Source of the DNA: Croceibacterium sp.
GTDB taxonomy: Bacteria > Pseudomonadota > Alphaproteobacteria > Sphingomonadales > Sphingomonadaceae
Direction: 5' to 3'
Length of the DNA stretch: 64,000 bases
NCBI GenBank assembly: GCA_035470785.1
Contig: DATIQN010000006.1
Coordinates: forward strand, 11,111-75,110
Positions 39,717 to 48,777 of this stretch are shown in pieces; within the stretch, counting starts at the first letter, position 1, and each line of letters starts with the position of its first letter. Below the pieces are notes generated by a model. It searched no databases, was not told the origin of the DNA, and saw only the letters and a program-made list of their open reading frames with translations. The translations under genes were made by a program, and so were the position numbers.

Positions 39717-40076
39717 GTGAAGCCTGAGGCAGACATCACGACCTGGCACAAGCGCGCGCAAGGGCCGTTCGCCCTTGCGGGGCCCGCCGCGCGTCCTGAT
39801 TGCCGCACGGTGCCGCTGAGAGGCGATCTCGCGCACATCGGCCTCGCGGGAAAGTACTTCGTCCCGCACTACGCCGTTCCCCAGCCTCGCACGGTTCTCC
39901 CCGGCGGCGCACCGCTGCGCGTGAGCACGGACGAAGGCGCCGAGGAGCTATGCATCCTGCTGGAAGGCGACAGCTTTGAAGTTCTCGATGTCGCCGGCGG
40001 CTGGGCCTGGGGCTGCCTCTCGCTCGAGGGACCGGTGGGCTATGTCCACCTCGACCGGCTCGAGCCGCTCGTGTGA
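39717..40076 (+). CDS. bacterial SH3 (SH3b) domain protein
   Basis: 119 aa from a GTG start. The C-terminal half has an SH3b-like pattern (GDSFEVLDVAGGWAWGCLSLEGPVGYVHLDRLE). Its stop overlaps the argC start. Confidence 0.6.
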   Translation: MKPEADITTWHKRAQGPFALAGPAARPDCRTVPLRGDLAHIGLAGKYFVPHYAVPQPRTVLPGGAPLRVSTDEGAEELCILLEGDSFEVLDVAGGWAWGCLSLEGPVGYVHLDRLEPLV

Positions 40077-41005
40077 TGGCGCGGTCTCTCTTCATCGACG
40101 GCGGCGCTGGAACCACCGGCCTCGAGATCGCCGACCGGCTGGCCGAGCGGGTGGAATTCGAGCTGGTGGTGCTCGACGACGCGCGGCGCAAGGATCCCGT
40201 CGCGAGGGCCGAAGCGCTCAACTCGGCGGACTTCGCCATCCTCTGCCTGCCCGACGAGGCCGCGCGCGAAGCCGTGACGCTGATCGAGCCCGGCAGCCGG
40301 GTACGCGTGATCGACGCTTCGAGCGCGCATCGGGTGGCGCCCGGCTGGGTGTTCGGCTTCCCCGAGATTTGCGGCCGCGAGGCGGTGGCCAGCGCCGCGA
40401 GCGTGTCGAATCCGGGCTGCTATTCGACCGGGTTCATCGCCCTGCTCGCGCCGCTGGTTCGTGCGGGACTGCTGCCGGCCGACTGGCCGTACACCTGCAA
40501 TGCGGTCTCCGGTTATTCGGGCGGCGGGAAATCGCTGATCGAGCGCTTCGAAGGCGATCCCGACATCGCCTGGCGGGGCTATGCGCTCGCACTGGGCCAC
40601 AAGCACGTGCCCGAGATGCAACAGCATTGCGGGCTGGAGATCGCGCCGCTGTTCTCACCCGCGGTAATTCCCGCGCACCGCGGCATGGTGACGGAGATTC
40701 CGCTGCCGCTCGGAGCGATGGCGAACGCCGCCGGGGTGACAGAGCTGCGCGCTTGCCTCGCCGAATTCTACGCCGGCAGCCCGATCGTCTCGATGGGCGA
40801 GGAGCCGCTGTTCGGCGAACTGCTGCTGCGCCGCTCGCGCGAGCCATCGGACCGAATGGAACTGTTCGTCTTCGCCTCTCCCGACGGCAGCCAGGCGCGG
40901 CTGGTGGCCTCGCTCGACAACCTCGGCAAGGGCGCCAGCGGAGCAGCGGTGCAATCGTTGAACCTCATGGCCGGACTCGAGGAAACGGCCGGACTCAGGC
41001 TTTAA
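40076..41005 (+). CDS. argC: N-acetyl-gamma-glutamyl-phosphate reductase (short type)
   Basis: About 310 aa with a Rossmann N-terminus (FIDGGAGTTGLEI) and the catalytic-Cys motif NPGCYSTG. The start is ATG 40076 or GTG 40073. Confidence 0.93.
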   Translation: MARSLFIDGGAGTTGLEIADRLAERVEFELVVLDDARRKDPVARAEALNSADFAILCLPDEAAREAVTLIEPGSRVRVIDASSAHRVAPGWVFGFPEICGREAVASAASVSNPGCYSTGFIALLAPLVRAGLLPADWPYTCNAVSGYSGGGKSLIERFEGDPDIAWRGYALALGHKHVPEMQQHCGLEIAPLFSPAVIPAHRGMVTEIPLPLGAMANAAGVTELRACLAEFYAGSPIVSMGEEPLFGELLLRRSREPSDRMELFVFASPDGSQARLVASLDNLGKGASGAAVQSLNLMAGLEETAGLRL

Positions 41006-41070
41006 TGCCTGTTTCGTAGGCACGCCTGCCCGCATTCTAAGCAACCAAAGATCGGGATCGCGATCTATAG

Positions 41071-41099
41071 TTGCGCGGCGCCGCGCGGGCGCCGCGCAA
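41071..41099 (+). terminator. perfect 12-bp GC-rich hairpin after argC (terminator or protein-binding dyad)
   Basis: TTGCGCGGCGCC(41071-41082)-gcgcg-GGCGCCGCGCAA(41088-41099). It begins 66 bp after the argC stop. Only a weak T-tract follows (TTGTGCGATT). Confidence 0.4.
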
Positions 41100-41133
41100 T
41101 TGTGCGATTCCGCCCTTTCCCGCGCGCGTCTGA

Positions 41134-41595
<462 letters not shown>

Positions 41596-41661
41596 GTTTC
41601 CCGGCCGCGGCGGCGCCACGGCCATCATCAAACAAGACGTAACGCTCAAGGAAGGAAGACC

Positions 41662-43071
41662 ATGCCCACCGCAAAGGACATCGTGAAGCGGATCAAGGAC
41701 GAGGAGATCGAATGGGTCGATCTCCGCTTCACCGATCCCAAAGGCAAATGGCAGCACCTGTCGATGGTCGCTTCGGCCCTCGACGAGGACCAGCTCGAGG
41801 AAGGCCTGATGTTCGACGGCTCGTCGATCGCCGGCTGGAAGGTGATCAATGAATCCGACATGATCCTCAAGCCTGACCTTACCGAAGTTTACATGGACCC
41901 GTTCAGCGCGACGCCGATGATGATCGTGTTCTGCGACATCATCGAGCCTTCGACCGGCGACTGGTACGCGCGCGATCCGCGCACGACCGCCAAGCGCGCC
42001 GAGAACTTCCTCAAGACCACCGGCCTGGGCGACACCGTCTATGTCGGCCCCGAGGCGGAGTTCTTCATGTTCGACGACGTGCGCTTCGAGGACGGTTATG
42101 CTGGCTCGGGCTTCCAGATCGACGATATCGAGCTGCCGACCAACACCGGCGCCGAGATCGAAGGCGGCAACATGGCGCACCGTCCGCGTGCCAAGGGTGG
42201 CTACTTCCCGGTCGCGCCGGTCGACAGCGCGATGGACATTCGCGGCGAGATGGTCAGCACGATGCTCGAGATGGGCCTGCCGTGCGACAAGCACCACCAC
42301 GAGGTGGCCGCCGCGCAGCACGAGCTCGGCCTCACTTTCGGCACGCTGACGCAGACCGCCGATCGCATGCAGATCTACAAGTACGTCGTGCACCAGGTCG
42401 CGCACGCCTACGGCAAGACCGCCACTTTCATGCCCAAGCCTATCAAGAGCGACAACGGCAGCGGCATGCACACGCACATGTCGATCTGGGACAAGGGCAA
42501 GCCGCTGTTCGCCGGCAACGGATATGCAGGGCTGTCTGACATGTGCCTGTACTTCATCGGCGGCGTGATCAAGCACGCCAAGGCGCTCAATGCCTTCACC
42601 AACCCGACCACCAACAGCTACAAGCGGCTGGTGCCGGGCTTCGAGGCGCCTGTGCTGCTCGCCTATTCGGCGCGCAATCGTTCGGCCTCATGCCGCATTC
42701 CTTACGGCGCGGGTGAGAAGGCCAAGCGCGTCGAGTTCCGCTTCCCGGACGCGCTCGCCAACCCGTACCTCGCTTACGCGGCAATGCTGATGGCCGGCCT
42801 CGACGGGGTGCAGAACAAGATCCACCCGGGGGAGGCGATGGACAAGAACCTGTACGACCTGCCCCCGGCCGAGCTGGCGGAGGTGCCGACCGTGTGCGGT
42901 TCGCTCCGCGAGGCGCTCGAATCGCTCCAGGCGGATCACGAGTTCCTGCTCAAGGGCGACGTGTTCACGATGGACCAGATCGAGAGCTACCTGGAACTGA
43001 AGTGGGAAGACGTCAGCCGCTGGGAGACCACGCCCAGCCCGGTCGAGTTCGATATGTACTACAGCTCCTGA
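41662..43071 (+). CDS. glnA: type I glutamine synthetase
   Basis: 469 aa GS-I. The adenylylation-site context ([10 protein letters not shown]) is present, and the glnB-glnA arrangement is typical. Confidence 0.97.
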   Translation: MPTAKDIVKRIKDEEIEWVDLRFTDPKGKWQHLSMVASALDEDQLEEGLMFDGSSIAGWKVINESDMILKPDLTEVYMDPFSATPMMIVFCDIIEPSTGDWYARDPRTTAKRAENFLKTTGLGDTVYVGPEAEFFMFDDVRFEDGYAGSGFQIDDIELPTNTGAEIEGGNMAHRPRAKGGYFPVAPVDSAMDIRGEMVSTMLEMGLPCDKHHHEVAAAQHELGLTFGTLTQTADRMQIYKYVVHQVAHAYGKTATFMPKPIKSDNGSGMHTHMSIWDKGKPLFAGNGYAGLSDMCLYFIGGVIKHAKALNAFTNPTTNSYKRLVPGFEAPVLLAYSARNRSASCRIPYGAGEKAKRVEFRFPDALANPYLAYAAMLMAGLDGVQNKIHPGEAMDKNLYDLPPAELAEVPTVCGSLREALESLQADHEFLLKGDVFTMDQIESYLELKWEDVSRWETTPSPVEFDMYYSS

Positions 43072-43095
43072 TCGCGCTTCAGGGCGTGAACAACG

Positions 43096-43125
43096 AAAGG
43101 CGCCCGGAGCGATCCGGGCGCCTTT
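43096..43125. terminator. bidirectional rho-independent terminator between glnA and the convergent orphan gene
   Basis: AAAGGCGCCCGGA(43096-43108)-gcga-TCCGGGCGCCTTT(43113-43125). The stem is a perfect 13 bp with A-run/T-run arms, and CCTGTTTC follows on the plus strand. Confidence 0.75.
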
Positions 43126-43147
43126 CCTGTTTCACCAACCCAATCGC

Positions 43148-44398
43148 CTAGGTGCAGGCGCCAGACGCCCGCATGGCCATGCCCTTGAACCCGCCCGGAC
43201 ACCTGGGCTTGCCGCTTTGCTGCTGCTGCGGCCGGCCCCGGTCGGGCGCGTCGGCGTCGTCTTCCGCACCGCCGAACCCGCCCATGTCGGGCATGCCGAG
43301 GATCGTCATCGCGTTTGAGCGGAAGCGCACGCGGGCGATCCACTCGGGCTTCCACGCGGCCTTGGCGTTGGCCGGACGCGGCGGATAGGCGAACTCGCTC
43401 TGCGGGCCGTAGCCATAGAGATTGAGCATCATGTTGTCGCTGCCGAGCTTGCGAACTTCAGCGGGGATTGTGCAACTCGTCTGGCTTGCGGGCATGACGG
43501 TCCTGGCGGCGACCAGTTTGACCACCGCCGCAGGCGAGAGCCAATCTCCCAACGCGCCGCCGAACTGTTGGGTGGCCGACGAGGACCACCAGACCATCTC
43601 GGTCGCCTGGCCGCGGCCCATGTCTTTCGCGCCCATCGCCCACGCATAGTAGCCGGTCGCTTCGGGCAGGCCGTTCCAGGTCAAGCCGAAGGCACCGCTC
43701 GCCAGCGACGACGATCGCGGTTGCAGCGGGGGCATGAAATCCTGGTCGAGCTTGAAGGCGATTTCCGGCGAATAATTGCCCGCGATCCGATGGTCGCCGC
43801 GCAGCGACGCCGACGAGGGGACCTGCTTCGAATTCCGGCCATTCGGCCACTCTCCGAAAGTCTTGCTGTTTTGCTGGGTAATTCGCCAATCATCCGGCGA
43901 ATTGGCCGCGGTTGAATATAGGCCGGGCGGAACCTGGCCCCTCGCCATCTTGGCGAAGTCGATTACTACTGGCTGGCCAGCTGGCGCGTGTTCGCCGCAA
44001 CCCCAGAAGAGGTACAGCTTGGCACTGGGAAGCTGGCCCTGCTGCTGCCGGCCGGGGACGACGGGAGCGCTCGGCTCGCTTACCGGAGTAATCAGCGGAA
44101 CCGAGGGTCCGACTCCGACGCCGGCGGGCAGGAAGTGATCGGCCGATGGGGCACCAGTCGCGGCCCGCGAGGATCCGAGCCTTAGCTGCAGCTCGTGCAC
44201 CGCGGCGCCCCCGCCGCCCCGCAGAATGGCCATTGGATTGCCGCCACCGGCCATCGCCGCCATCCCGGAAACGGTTCCTGCGTCCATCGTATAGCGGGCT
44301 ATCGGCCCGGAAGCCTGCTGTGTCGCGGCAGGCATGGCCGCGAGGCCGATCACGAGCGCTGTCCCCAGACAGGCCGCTCGGCGGATGCTGTGATTCAT
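43148..44398 (-). CDS. secreted protein of unknown function (orphan, downstream of tamB)
   Basis: Start taken at ATG 44398, preceded by GGGGAGG. The signal peptide is MNHSIRRAACLGTALVIGLAAMPAATQQ. The product is 416 aa with a Gly/Ala/Met-rich N-region, four Cys and a Gln-rich acidic tail. I recognise no family. Confidence 0.65.
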   Translation of the reverse strand: MNHSIRRAACLGTALVIGLAAMPAATQQASGPIARYTMDAGTVSGMAAMAGGGNPMAILRGGGGAAVHELQLRLGSSRAATGAPSADHFLPAGVGVGPSVPLITPVSEPSAPVVPGRQQQGQLPSAKLYLFWGCGEHAPAGQPVVIDFAKMARGQVPPGLYSTAANSPDDWRITQQNSKTFGEWPNGRNSKQVPSSASLRGDHRIAGNYSPEIAFKLDQDFMPPLQPRSSSLASGAFGLTWNGLPEATGYYAWAMGAKDMGRGQATEMVWWSSSATQQFGGALGDWLSPAAVVKLVAARTVMPASQTSCTIPAEVRKLGSDNMMLNLYGYGPQSEFAYPPRPANAKAAWKPEWIARVRFRSNAMTILGMPDMGGFGGAEDDADAPDRGRPQQQQSGKPRCPGGFKGMAMRASGACT

Positions 44399-44435
44399 GG
44401 AATATCGCCTCCCCTCAATCTCCCCAACGCTACAT

Positions 44436-44464
44436 ATTGTACCACCTGCCGGCGCTCCGGTCAT
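44436..44464 (-). promoter_or_regulatory. sigma70-like promoter candidate for the orphan secreted-protein gene
   Basis: The minus strand reads ATGACC (44464-44459), a 17-nt spacer, then TACAAT (44441-44436). This is about 38 nt upstream of the ATG. Confidence 0.3.
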
Positions 44465-44568
44465 ATACGAAGTGCAGCTGATGAACGCGCCGGATGCCGG
44501 CAAATCCGAGGTGCGGGCGCTTGCGCGCCGTCTCCCTCGACGGTCTTCTCGAAAAGCCCAGGCCGGCC

Positions 44569-47500
44569 TCAATAATCCTTGTGATACGCGGCTGCGATGG
44601 TTTCACGGCCAAGCGACGAGACCGATCCCAGCAGCGACAGCCAGCTCGTGATACGGAACTCCAGGCTTGTCGCGTTGTAGCCGCGCCCGTCGGTGACGAG
44701 CTCGACGTAGAAGCGCCGCCCGAAGCGCTTGCCGAGCGCCAGCGCGGTCCCGTGATTGAGAGCCGGATCGGCCGGCACAATCCGCAATCGGTCGAGGCCG
44801 ATCGCCTTGCGCAGCCGGTTGATCGGATCGAGCCCCGCCCCGCCGCGCAGGCTCGCCACCGCCGCGCCCAATTGCAGCGCGTCGGTCGCCGACAGGTTCG
44901 AGATCGATCCGCCGAAAAGAAGTTGCGCCAGGATCTCCTCCTCCGGCATCGACGGTGTGGACGAAAATTCGATGTCGGGCTTGGAGGCGCTGCCACCGAC
45001 CGTCACTTTGACCGTGAGCGAGTTGACCGTCGTCTCGGCAACCAAGTCGATCTGCGGATCGGGCGGCGAGTTCTCGTTGAAGTCAATTACCCCGCGGGTG
45101 ATGTCGAAGCGCGCGCCGGCGAAATCGTAGAACCCTTGTCGCGGCACGACCCGCGCGATGCCGCCGATCCGCGGATCGGCAGTGGTGCCGCGCAGCACGA
45201 TGTTGGCGCTCCATTCGCTATCGAGCCCCATGCCGTCGACCTTGATGCCGCCGGGCGCGGTCGCGTCGATCAGGTAGCGCCAGGGCGAGCCTGGAGGCGC
45301 CGGGGGAGCGAGGTCGGCGGGAAGGTTGATGTCGGTGGTCTTGATGTTCGGCAGCTCCGCCGCACCCGTCGCCGCGCCGAGCCGCCAATGCGCCTTGTTG
45401 ACCTTCAGGCGCCCGGCGATCGTCCCGCCGACGCCGTTCGAGACGATCCGCATCGGCCCGGTGACCGTTGCGCCCATTGTCGTCAGGTCGAGGATTTGCG
45501 CCTTGATCGCGGCGATCCGCAAGTCGAGCGCCGGGCCGCGGCCCGGTCCCAGGCCGGAGAGGTCGACGAACCCGCTGCCGACCACGCTGCCGCCGTTCGG
45601 CGCCGTTCCGGCAAAGCTGGTCAGTTGCAGCCGCGAGCCGGCGAAGCTGCCCGCCGCCTTGACCTGCTTGAGGTCGGTGCCGGTCAGCACGCTCTGAACC
45701 CGCAGATTGTCGCCGGCTATCGAACCGCGAACCTGCGGATTCGCCAGCGAACCGCGCACGTCGGCCGCTACGTTGACGGTGCCGGTGACATCGAAAGTCT
45801 CCACCGCTGCAAGCCGCCACAGGGCATCCGCGGGTCCCTGATAGCGCAACTGGGCATAGAGATCGCCCGCACTCAGGCGGTCAAACAGCGCGCCATCCGG
45901 CGGCAAATTGGCGACGCGGCCCTGCAGGCGGCCGAGCATCTGCCCCTTGTCCTGCAAGACGGCGCGGGCCTGCAGCAACGTCGGAGTTAGCTGGGCGGCG
46001 AGCGCCAGATCGACCGGGCGTGAGGTCAGCAACAAGCCCGAGCGAGTAAGGCCGGTGATCATAACCCGCGCGTCTCCGGACGGCGCGCCGCCCAGGCCGG
46101 TATGGAAGTCGACGATACCCGAGATCGAACCGCCAAGTCCCAGGTCCGCGCCGCCGATGTCGATCAGCGACAGCGGCAGCTTCGCCAGACTGAGGCTCAT
46201 TTGCGTGCCGTGGGCACCGCCGAACTGCCCCTCGGCAATGGCAATCCCGCCGCCAAACGTGATCTGCGTCTTCTGCAACTGCCAGTTGCCGTCGGGCTGC
46301 CTCAGGAGTACCGCGCGGCGCGGCATCGTGATGGTTTGCCCGCCATAGTGGCCGCGCGCCGCCGCCGCGATGCGGTCGGGCGTGATGTCCCCGCTAACTT
46401 GTAGGTCGAATTGAGAGCCGCGGCGGCCCGACAAGCCGCCGTTGAAAGTGCCGCGCCCGTTGACGATGTCTGCCTGGGCAGCCGCACGGCCGATGAACAG
46501 GCTGCCGTAGCTGATCCCCTGCGCCTGCACGTTGCCCTGGATCGAGCTGTGCCCGCCGCCGACGAAGCCGCTGGCGGCGATCGTCGCCTGGCGAACTGCA
46601 AGACGCGTCGCTCCGCCGAAGGTGGCATCGTTCGCGATTATATGAATATCGAAGCCTTGCTCGGCGCCGTGGGGCGCGAGCGCGATCGTGCCATTGAGGC
46701 CGCCCCCGCTGAGCCGCAGGTTGCCCGAAGCGGCCCCGCCGCCGAGCGTCAAATTGCCGGTAACCGCGGTCCGCCAGACATCGAGATGATCGATCGCGAT
46801 GCGTGTCGGTCCGCCGGCCGGGGACGTAAGGAACAACAGTCCCTTGAACGGCCCAAGGGTCGATTCACCGTTCGTGTCGATCTGGAAGCCGTCCCGGGTG
46901 GGTACGAGCGCAATGTGCACATCGCGCAGACCTGCGGCCGGCATCGGATTGGCGAAAACGAGATCGGCGTGCGGACCGTCCTTGGCGAGCGTCGCCTTGA
47001 CGGTGAACGCGCCGTAATCGACGTGCCGCCCGGTCCCGACGAGCGTGGTCGTGCCGCTTTGGATTCGGCCATCGAGCAGCAGCGAAAGTTTGTTCGCCCG
47101 TATCGTGGTCTTGTGGAAGACAATCGGCTGGCCCGAGGCGAGCTGAACTCCGCCCTGGAAGCGTATGTTGCCGCCGGTCAGGTTGGCCAGCGTGGCGTTG
47201 CTCACCCGGGGCATGCGTCCGCTGAAGTTCGCCGCGAGCCGCCACGGCACGCCGTTGCCGATCAGGAAGCGAAACTTGGCGCCGACGTCGATCGTGCCGA
47301 GGTTGGGCACGATGAGGCCGCGCGCTTCGACCGGGCCGGCAATCCCATAACCGCCGCGATTGATGTCGCCGCGCAGCGTCAGGTTCGCCGTCAGCCCGGG
47401 AAAGCGCAGCTGCAAATCGTCCGAGCGCAAGTCGGCGTTGGCAAGGTACACCGTAGCGGTGAGCCGACCGTTCGCCAGCGTCGGATCGAGAATCGTGTTG

Positions 47501-48777
47501 CCGCTGACGATGCGCTGGATCGAGGCGTCGAGGGGCAGCGTCCAGCGTGTACCGTCGTAAGCCAGCCGGCCGCGTTCGGCGATTCCATTGAAGACGGTGC
47601 CGCCGAAGTCGGCCTGTCCGACACTGAGATCGAACGGCGCGGAAAAGCCGTGCCATGGTCCGTCGATCGTCGTCCGAACCGACGCATCGCGCAAGGTCAG
47701 GCCCGGACCGAACAGCTGCGAATCGAGCAGCTTGATCCGAAGCTGAGCCTTCCGAAAGGCGTTGTTGCCCAGGTCGACGCCGCCGTTACCATCGACGCTC
47801 ACGCCATGTCCGCGCAGAGCAGTGGAGCCGGCGAGCACGCTGTTCTTTAGCGTGCCGACCAGCGCGATTGCCGTGGAATCGCCAAGCGCCCGCGCGGAAA
47901 GACCCGTCAGGTAATCCCGATGCTGGACGAGGCCGGTGATGCGATAGAGGCCCGAACGATTGACCAGTTTGAGCGCCGCGAGTTGCGCACCGTCCTCTTT
48001 GGCGACGAGGGCGCCGTCCCACTTCTTCCAGGTTCCGTGGCCGAGCAGGCGAACGCGCGTATCGTGCCGGGTGCCGGCAAGCGACGCGAGCAAGCCCCCC
48101 TTGGGGGCGCGGTAATCCAGGTCGAGGTCGAACACGTTGCCGTCGGGTTCAGCGTTGACCAGGACCTTGAAACGATCGCCCCCGCCGAGCTGGCCGTTGG
48201 CGTCGAGCTTGACGAGGCCGCGATGGACGTGCGCGTGCGCCTGGAAATTGACGTGCCGTTCCTCGCCGAGGAGCCCTTTGTTGACGGTCAAGTCGTCGAT
48301 CACGAAGCGATCGACGCGGATGTCGAAGTTGGGCAGCGTAGGGGCGTTGGGATTACCCGGGACGAGCTCGGGCTTCGCGTAGAGCGTACCGTGGTGCAGC
48401 ACCAATGCGCGCACATCGAGACCCGAGAACGGGAACTTGTACGGACGCCAATTCAGCTCGACCGCCGGCACAGTGAGGAACAGCCGGCCGCCCGCGTCAC
48501 GAAACTTCACGTCGTACAAGGTCGCATTCCAGAGCACAGAGCCTTCGATCCGTCCGACGCTGACCTTCAGCCCAGACGCCGGTGCGACCTTGGCGATCTG
48601 GTTGACGATGAACTGTCGTCCGGAGCCGGTGTTCAGATAGAGGACCGCAGCTGCGAGCAGCGCCAGAAGCACAACGACCAGCCGCCCGGCCCAGAGAACG
48701 ATCGAGCGAGCGCGATGACCGCGCCGGCGGACCACGACGGTCTCGTCCTGCCAGCCCATGACCTCGTCTTCGGCCAT
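44569..48777 (-). CDS. tamB: translocation and assembly module protein TamB
   Basis: 1402 aa with an N-terminal signal-anchor (IVLWAGRLVVVLLALLAAAVLYL) and a long beta-rich body. The C-terminal DUF490-type end reads LGKRFGRRFYVELVTDG...LEFRITSWLSLLG. Its ATG shares one nt with the tamA stop. Confidence 0.9.
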   Translation of the reverse strand: MAEDEVMGWQDETVVVRRRGHRARSIVLWAGRLVVVLLALLAAAVLYLNTGSGRQFIVNQIAKVAPASGLKVSVGRIEGSVLWNATLYDVKFRDAGGRLFLTVPAVELNWRPYKFPFSGLDVRALVLHHGTLYAKPELVPGNPNAPTLPNFDIRVDRFVIDDLTVNKGLLGEERHVNFQAHAHVHRGLVKLDANGQLGGGDRFKVLVNAEPDGNVFDLDLDYRAPKGGLLASLAGTRHDTRVRLLGHGTWKKWDGALVAKEDGAQLAALKLVNRSGLYRITGLVQHRDYLTGLSARALGDSTAIALVGTLKNSVLAGSTALRGHGVSVDGNGGVDLGNNAFRKAQLRIKLLDSQLFGPGLTLRDASVRTTIDGPWHGFSAPFDLSVGQADFGGTVFNGIAERGRLAYDGTRWTLPLDASIQRIVSGNTILDPTLANGRLTATVYLANADLRSDDLQLRFPGLTANLTLRGDINRGGYGIAGPVEARGLIVPNLGTIDVGAKFRFLIGNGVPWRLAANFSGRMPRVSNATLANLTGGNIRFQGGVQLASGQPIVFHKTTIRANKLSLLLDGRIQSGTTTLVGTGRHVDYGAFTVKATLAKDGPHADLVFANPMPAAGLRDVHIALVPTRDGFQIDTNGESTLGPFKGLLFLTSPAGGPTRIAIDHLDVWRTAVTGNLTLGGGAASGNLRLSGGGLNGTIALAPHGAEQGFDIHIIANDATFGGATRLAVRQATIAASGFVGGGHSSIQGNVQAQGISYGSLFIGRAAAQADIVNGRGTFNGGLSGRRGSQFDLQVSGDITPDRIAAAARGHYGGQTITMPRRAVLLRQPDGNWQLQKTQITFGGGIAIAEGQFGGAHGTQMSLSLAKLPLSLIDIGGADLGLGGSISGIVDFHTGLGGAPSGDARVMITGLTRSGLLLTSRPVDLALAAQLTPTLLQARAVLQDKGQMLGRLQGRVANLPPDGALFDRLSAGDLYAQLRYQGPADALWRLAAVETFDVTGTVNVAADVRGSLANPQVRGSIAGDNLRVQSVLTGTDLKQVKAAGSFAGSRLQLTSFAGTAPNGGSVVGSGFVDLSGLGPGRGPALDLRIAAIKAQILDLTTMGATVTGPMRIVSNGVGGTIAGRLKVNKAHWRLGAATGAAELPNIKTTDINLPADLAPPAPPGSPWRYLIDATAPGGIKVDGMGLDSEWSANIVLRGTTADPRIGGIARVVPRQGFYDFAGARFDITRGVIDFNENSPPDPQIDLVAETTVNSLTVKVTVGGSASKPDIEFSSTPSMPEEEILAQLLFGGSISNLSATDALQLGAAVASLRGGAGLDPINRLRKAIGLDRLRIVPADPALNHGTALALGKRFGRRFYVELVTDGRGYNATSLEFRITSWLSLLGSVSSLGRETIAAAYHKDY

